Below, one piece after another: positions 61,701 to 64,000 of a DNA stretch of 64,000 nt (within the stretch, counting starts at the first letter, position 1; every line of letters starts with the position of its first letter). The stretch is from Eledone cirrhosa (taxonomy: Eukaryota): assembly GCA_964016885.1 (NCBI GenBank), contig OZ024743.1, positions 348,006,001 through 348,070,000 on the forward strand. The letters run 5' to 3'. Position numbers and translations under genes: made by a program. Under the pieces are notes generated by a model that had not been told where the DNA came from, did no database searches, and was given only the letters and a program-made list of their open reading frames with translations.

Positions 61701-63780
61701 GTGTCCCTCCTAGGTCCCTGAATCAGCAACTGCGTTGGGGAATTTCATTTTAATGTTTGTGTATTGTTTCTGTGATATTCTTACCAGTCTTATGTTCGTT
61801 GGTGTTTTGATTGGTGCTGGTATTATGTAGTCGTGCTGTGAAATATCTGTGAGTTCAATTATGTAAGTCATTAGTTTCTTGTTGCGTGTATTTATTGCTG
61901 TGCATTCTTTTTCTAGGGGTGGGGTGTGTTTCTGCTATTTTCTTGTCGTTGTTACTGGGTGTGTGTGTTTTGTTGTTGTGTTTGCGATGTTGGTGCTTGT
62001 ATTGGTGTTGTTGAAGGTGTCGTTGTTGTTGGCGGTGGGGTTGCCGCCGGTGGTGATGGTAGTGCTAGTGTGGCTGGTGATAGTGTTGGTGGTGATGCTG
62101 CTGTAAATCTCTTTGCAGTAGCCTTCACCCTTTTTTCATTTCTTCCCTCCCTTTTCGAAGGCGACGATGCGCTGTTTCTGCGTCTGTGCCTTGTTGCCAC
62201 CTTTTGCCATCCCTCTCCCACCTCACACTCCATGTCCGATTCTGTGAGGTCGGGGAGAGGTACCAGCTCCACTCTTTCACTTGTTCTTGTTGGTGATTGT
62301 TGCAGTGGAGTCTCTGTTGCAGCTGCAGTTGGTATTGCTGTTGTTGTGGTTAATACTTACACTGCTGCTGCTGTTCTTGATTTCCGTGGCGTGGGTATGG
62401 GTATCACGAACCTATCCTTCCTGTTTGCCGCCTGTCCTGTTGCTGGTATCAGTGAAGCCGGTTTTCGAAGGAGGGGGGTTTTCTCCTTTCTCAGGGTCTT
62501 CTCATTGCAGAAGGCCCTGAGCTGAGTGTTTGACCCACAACGAAAGCATTTGGGGCGTTTGCCCTCAACACTTATGGGAAGTTGAGTGCCGTTATCGAAG
62601 TCTTTCACATCCGGGATAGCTTCCATGCTTTCCTGGTTGGTTTGAATTAACATCTCAATGGAGGCGCCGACCCAATCTTCTCGTACTTTTTTCTGTACTT
62701 GCAGTACGGTTGTTTTGTCCTCGATTCCGACGAGGTCAGACGCGGCCAGCCAAGAAGGGGCCATCCCGGGGGGGGGGGGACTTGGGTCAGTCTGACCCTC
62801 ACAATGTTTTGCCCGCAGTAGGGGGGCACCAACACCATTTCCTCGCTCCTTAGGGTTACTAAGGATTGAGCCTTTGCCTCCTGGGGTGTGGCAAAAAGCA
62901 CGTCCACGGTGGCATATTTCTTGCCTCGGGTGATATGCGTTTTCCGCTGCCACACAGACCCTAAGGATTTTTGTATTTGAGTCTCTGTGTCTCTTTCAAC
63001 CCTACGCGATTTTGTGCTTTCTGTACGGTACGTGACCGTACAGTACTGTTGGGTTTCCAAAAATTCTTCGGCTGCCTTGCTGATTGCTCGGTGTCCGGTT
63101 TTCGTCACCATCTTCCTTGCATCCTGTAATTCCTCATTTGTTATAAGGATGGTTTCCAGATTCTTTGCGATACTTGCAAACGAGATTGGTTTTTCTTTCT
63201 TGTTGTTTTCGTCAGAGCTGCTGTTACTTTTGTTGTTGCTGCTGGTACTAAGACCACCGCCGCCGCCGTTGTTGTTGTTGTTGTTGCTGCTGTTGCCTCT
63301 GCTGCTGCTGCTGGTGGTGTTGTTGCTGTTGTTTCTGCTGCTGTTGTTGTTTATGCTGCTGCTGATGTTGTTGCGGCTGCTACTAGTATTTTCCTCGCCA
63401 CTCTTGCTGCTGCTGCTGTTATTACGGCTGCTGCTGCTGCTATTCTTCATGACGTCAGACGAATGAAATGGCTTTCCATATTTATCGCACACATCTTTCG
63501 TTGTTGTCGTCGTCGTGGAGAAATGTTCCACGGTACGCCTGTTCTCTTGATGAAGAACGCTACGAGAAACTACATTTTTCTTTTTCTTTAATGGCGTCGC
63601 TTGCAAAAGAGGTGACAGTGGCGACACCACATTTAGAGAAGGGAGGGAGAGAGACAATCTTTTCTCTGACGTAATGACGATTGGGGAAGAAGAAGACGGA
63701 AGGAGTGGGAGTGACTTGTGAAAATTCTTTTTTTTAGCCATGTTTTTTTTACGGTTTAAAATGAACATTGGGCACAAATA
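58721..63780 (-). mobile_element. L1/Tx1-like LINE copy 3 (ORF1 + APE + RT, 3'-truncated, frameshifted)
   Basis: ORF1 ATG at ~63741 with a knuckle-like KCFRCGSNTQLRAFC. ORF2 ATG at 61576. APE at 60798-61576. RT motifs FRPITLLNAEFKILAK, LDQSKAFDRVDH, VRQGC..LEPLL and YAND. Confidence 0.92.
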
Positions 63781-64000
63781 CACATTCGGGTTATCCAGTC
63801 CATACCTGTCAGACAGTTCAAAACGTCTGAGCAGGTTGGTGAGGCTATTGCACCCTCCTCCCCTATCCTCTAGCCCCACACAATCCCAGCGTGCATCGAA
63901 GATACCGTTCCAGTCGCCCACTAACACTAAAGAGCGGGACGTTCCAAGAAAGGTCTCTAGACGTCTGAAGAAATCTGGCCGCCCTCTCCCTGTCGGGGCA
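63781..64000 (-). repeat. Exact duplicate of LINE APE segment 61023-61242, running off the window
   Basis: 220 bp identical at an offset of 2758 bp. Confidence 0.92.

Overview
Eukaryotic, gene-poor, repeat-saturated genomic DNA. The SINE/LINE repertoire and the very high (AT)n/(AAT)n/(TAG)n/(GAT)n/(TTC)n microsatellite load suggest an octopod cephalopod (inference). I find no convincing host protein-coding exon: nearly all track ORFs are microsatellite translations or decayed retroelement ORFs. The left third (1-22 kb) is dominated by Penelope-like element (PLE) material set in (AT)n tracts. It holds one decayed Neptune-type RT/GIY-YIG element, many non-coding pseudo-LTR pieces with fold-back inverted repeats, and at least 7-8 type I hammerhead ribozyme (HHR) motifs from several unrelated families, all read by eye. 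The most notable items are a non-coding 766-bp HHR unit with 94-bp terminal redundancy (retrozyme/circRNA-like), an HHR with a compensatory U3-A8 core, and palindromes centred on a hammerhead stem II. Also present: a non-autonomous Helitron retaining 23-aa (STPR-like) repeats, more than 15 tRNA-derived SINE copies, two RTE LINE remnants with (GAA)n tails, an R4/Dong RT fragment at an (AAT)n tract, a co-oriented stack of L1/Tx1-like LINEs (51.5-64 kb) and a 200-N scaffold gap.
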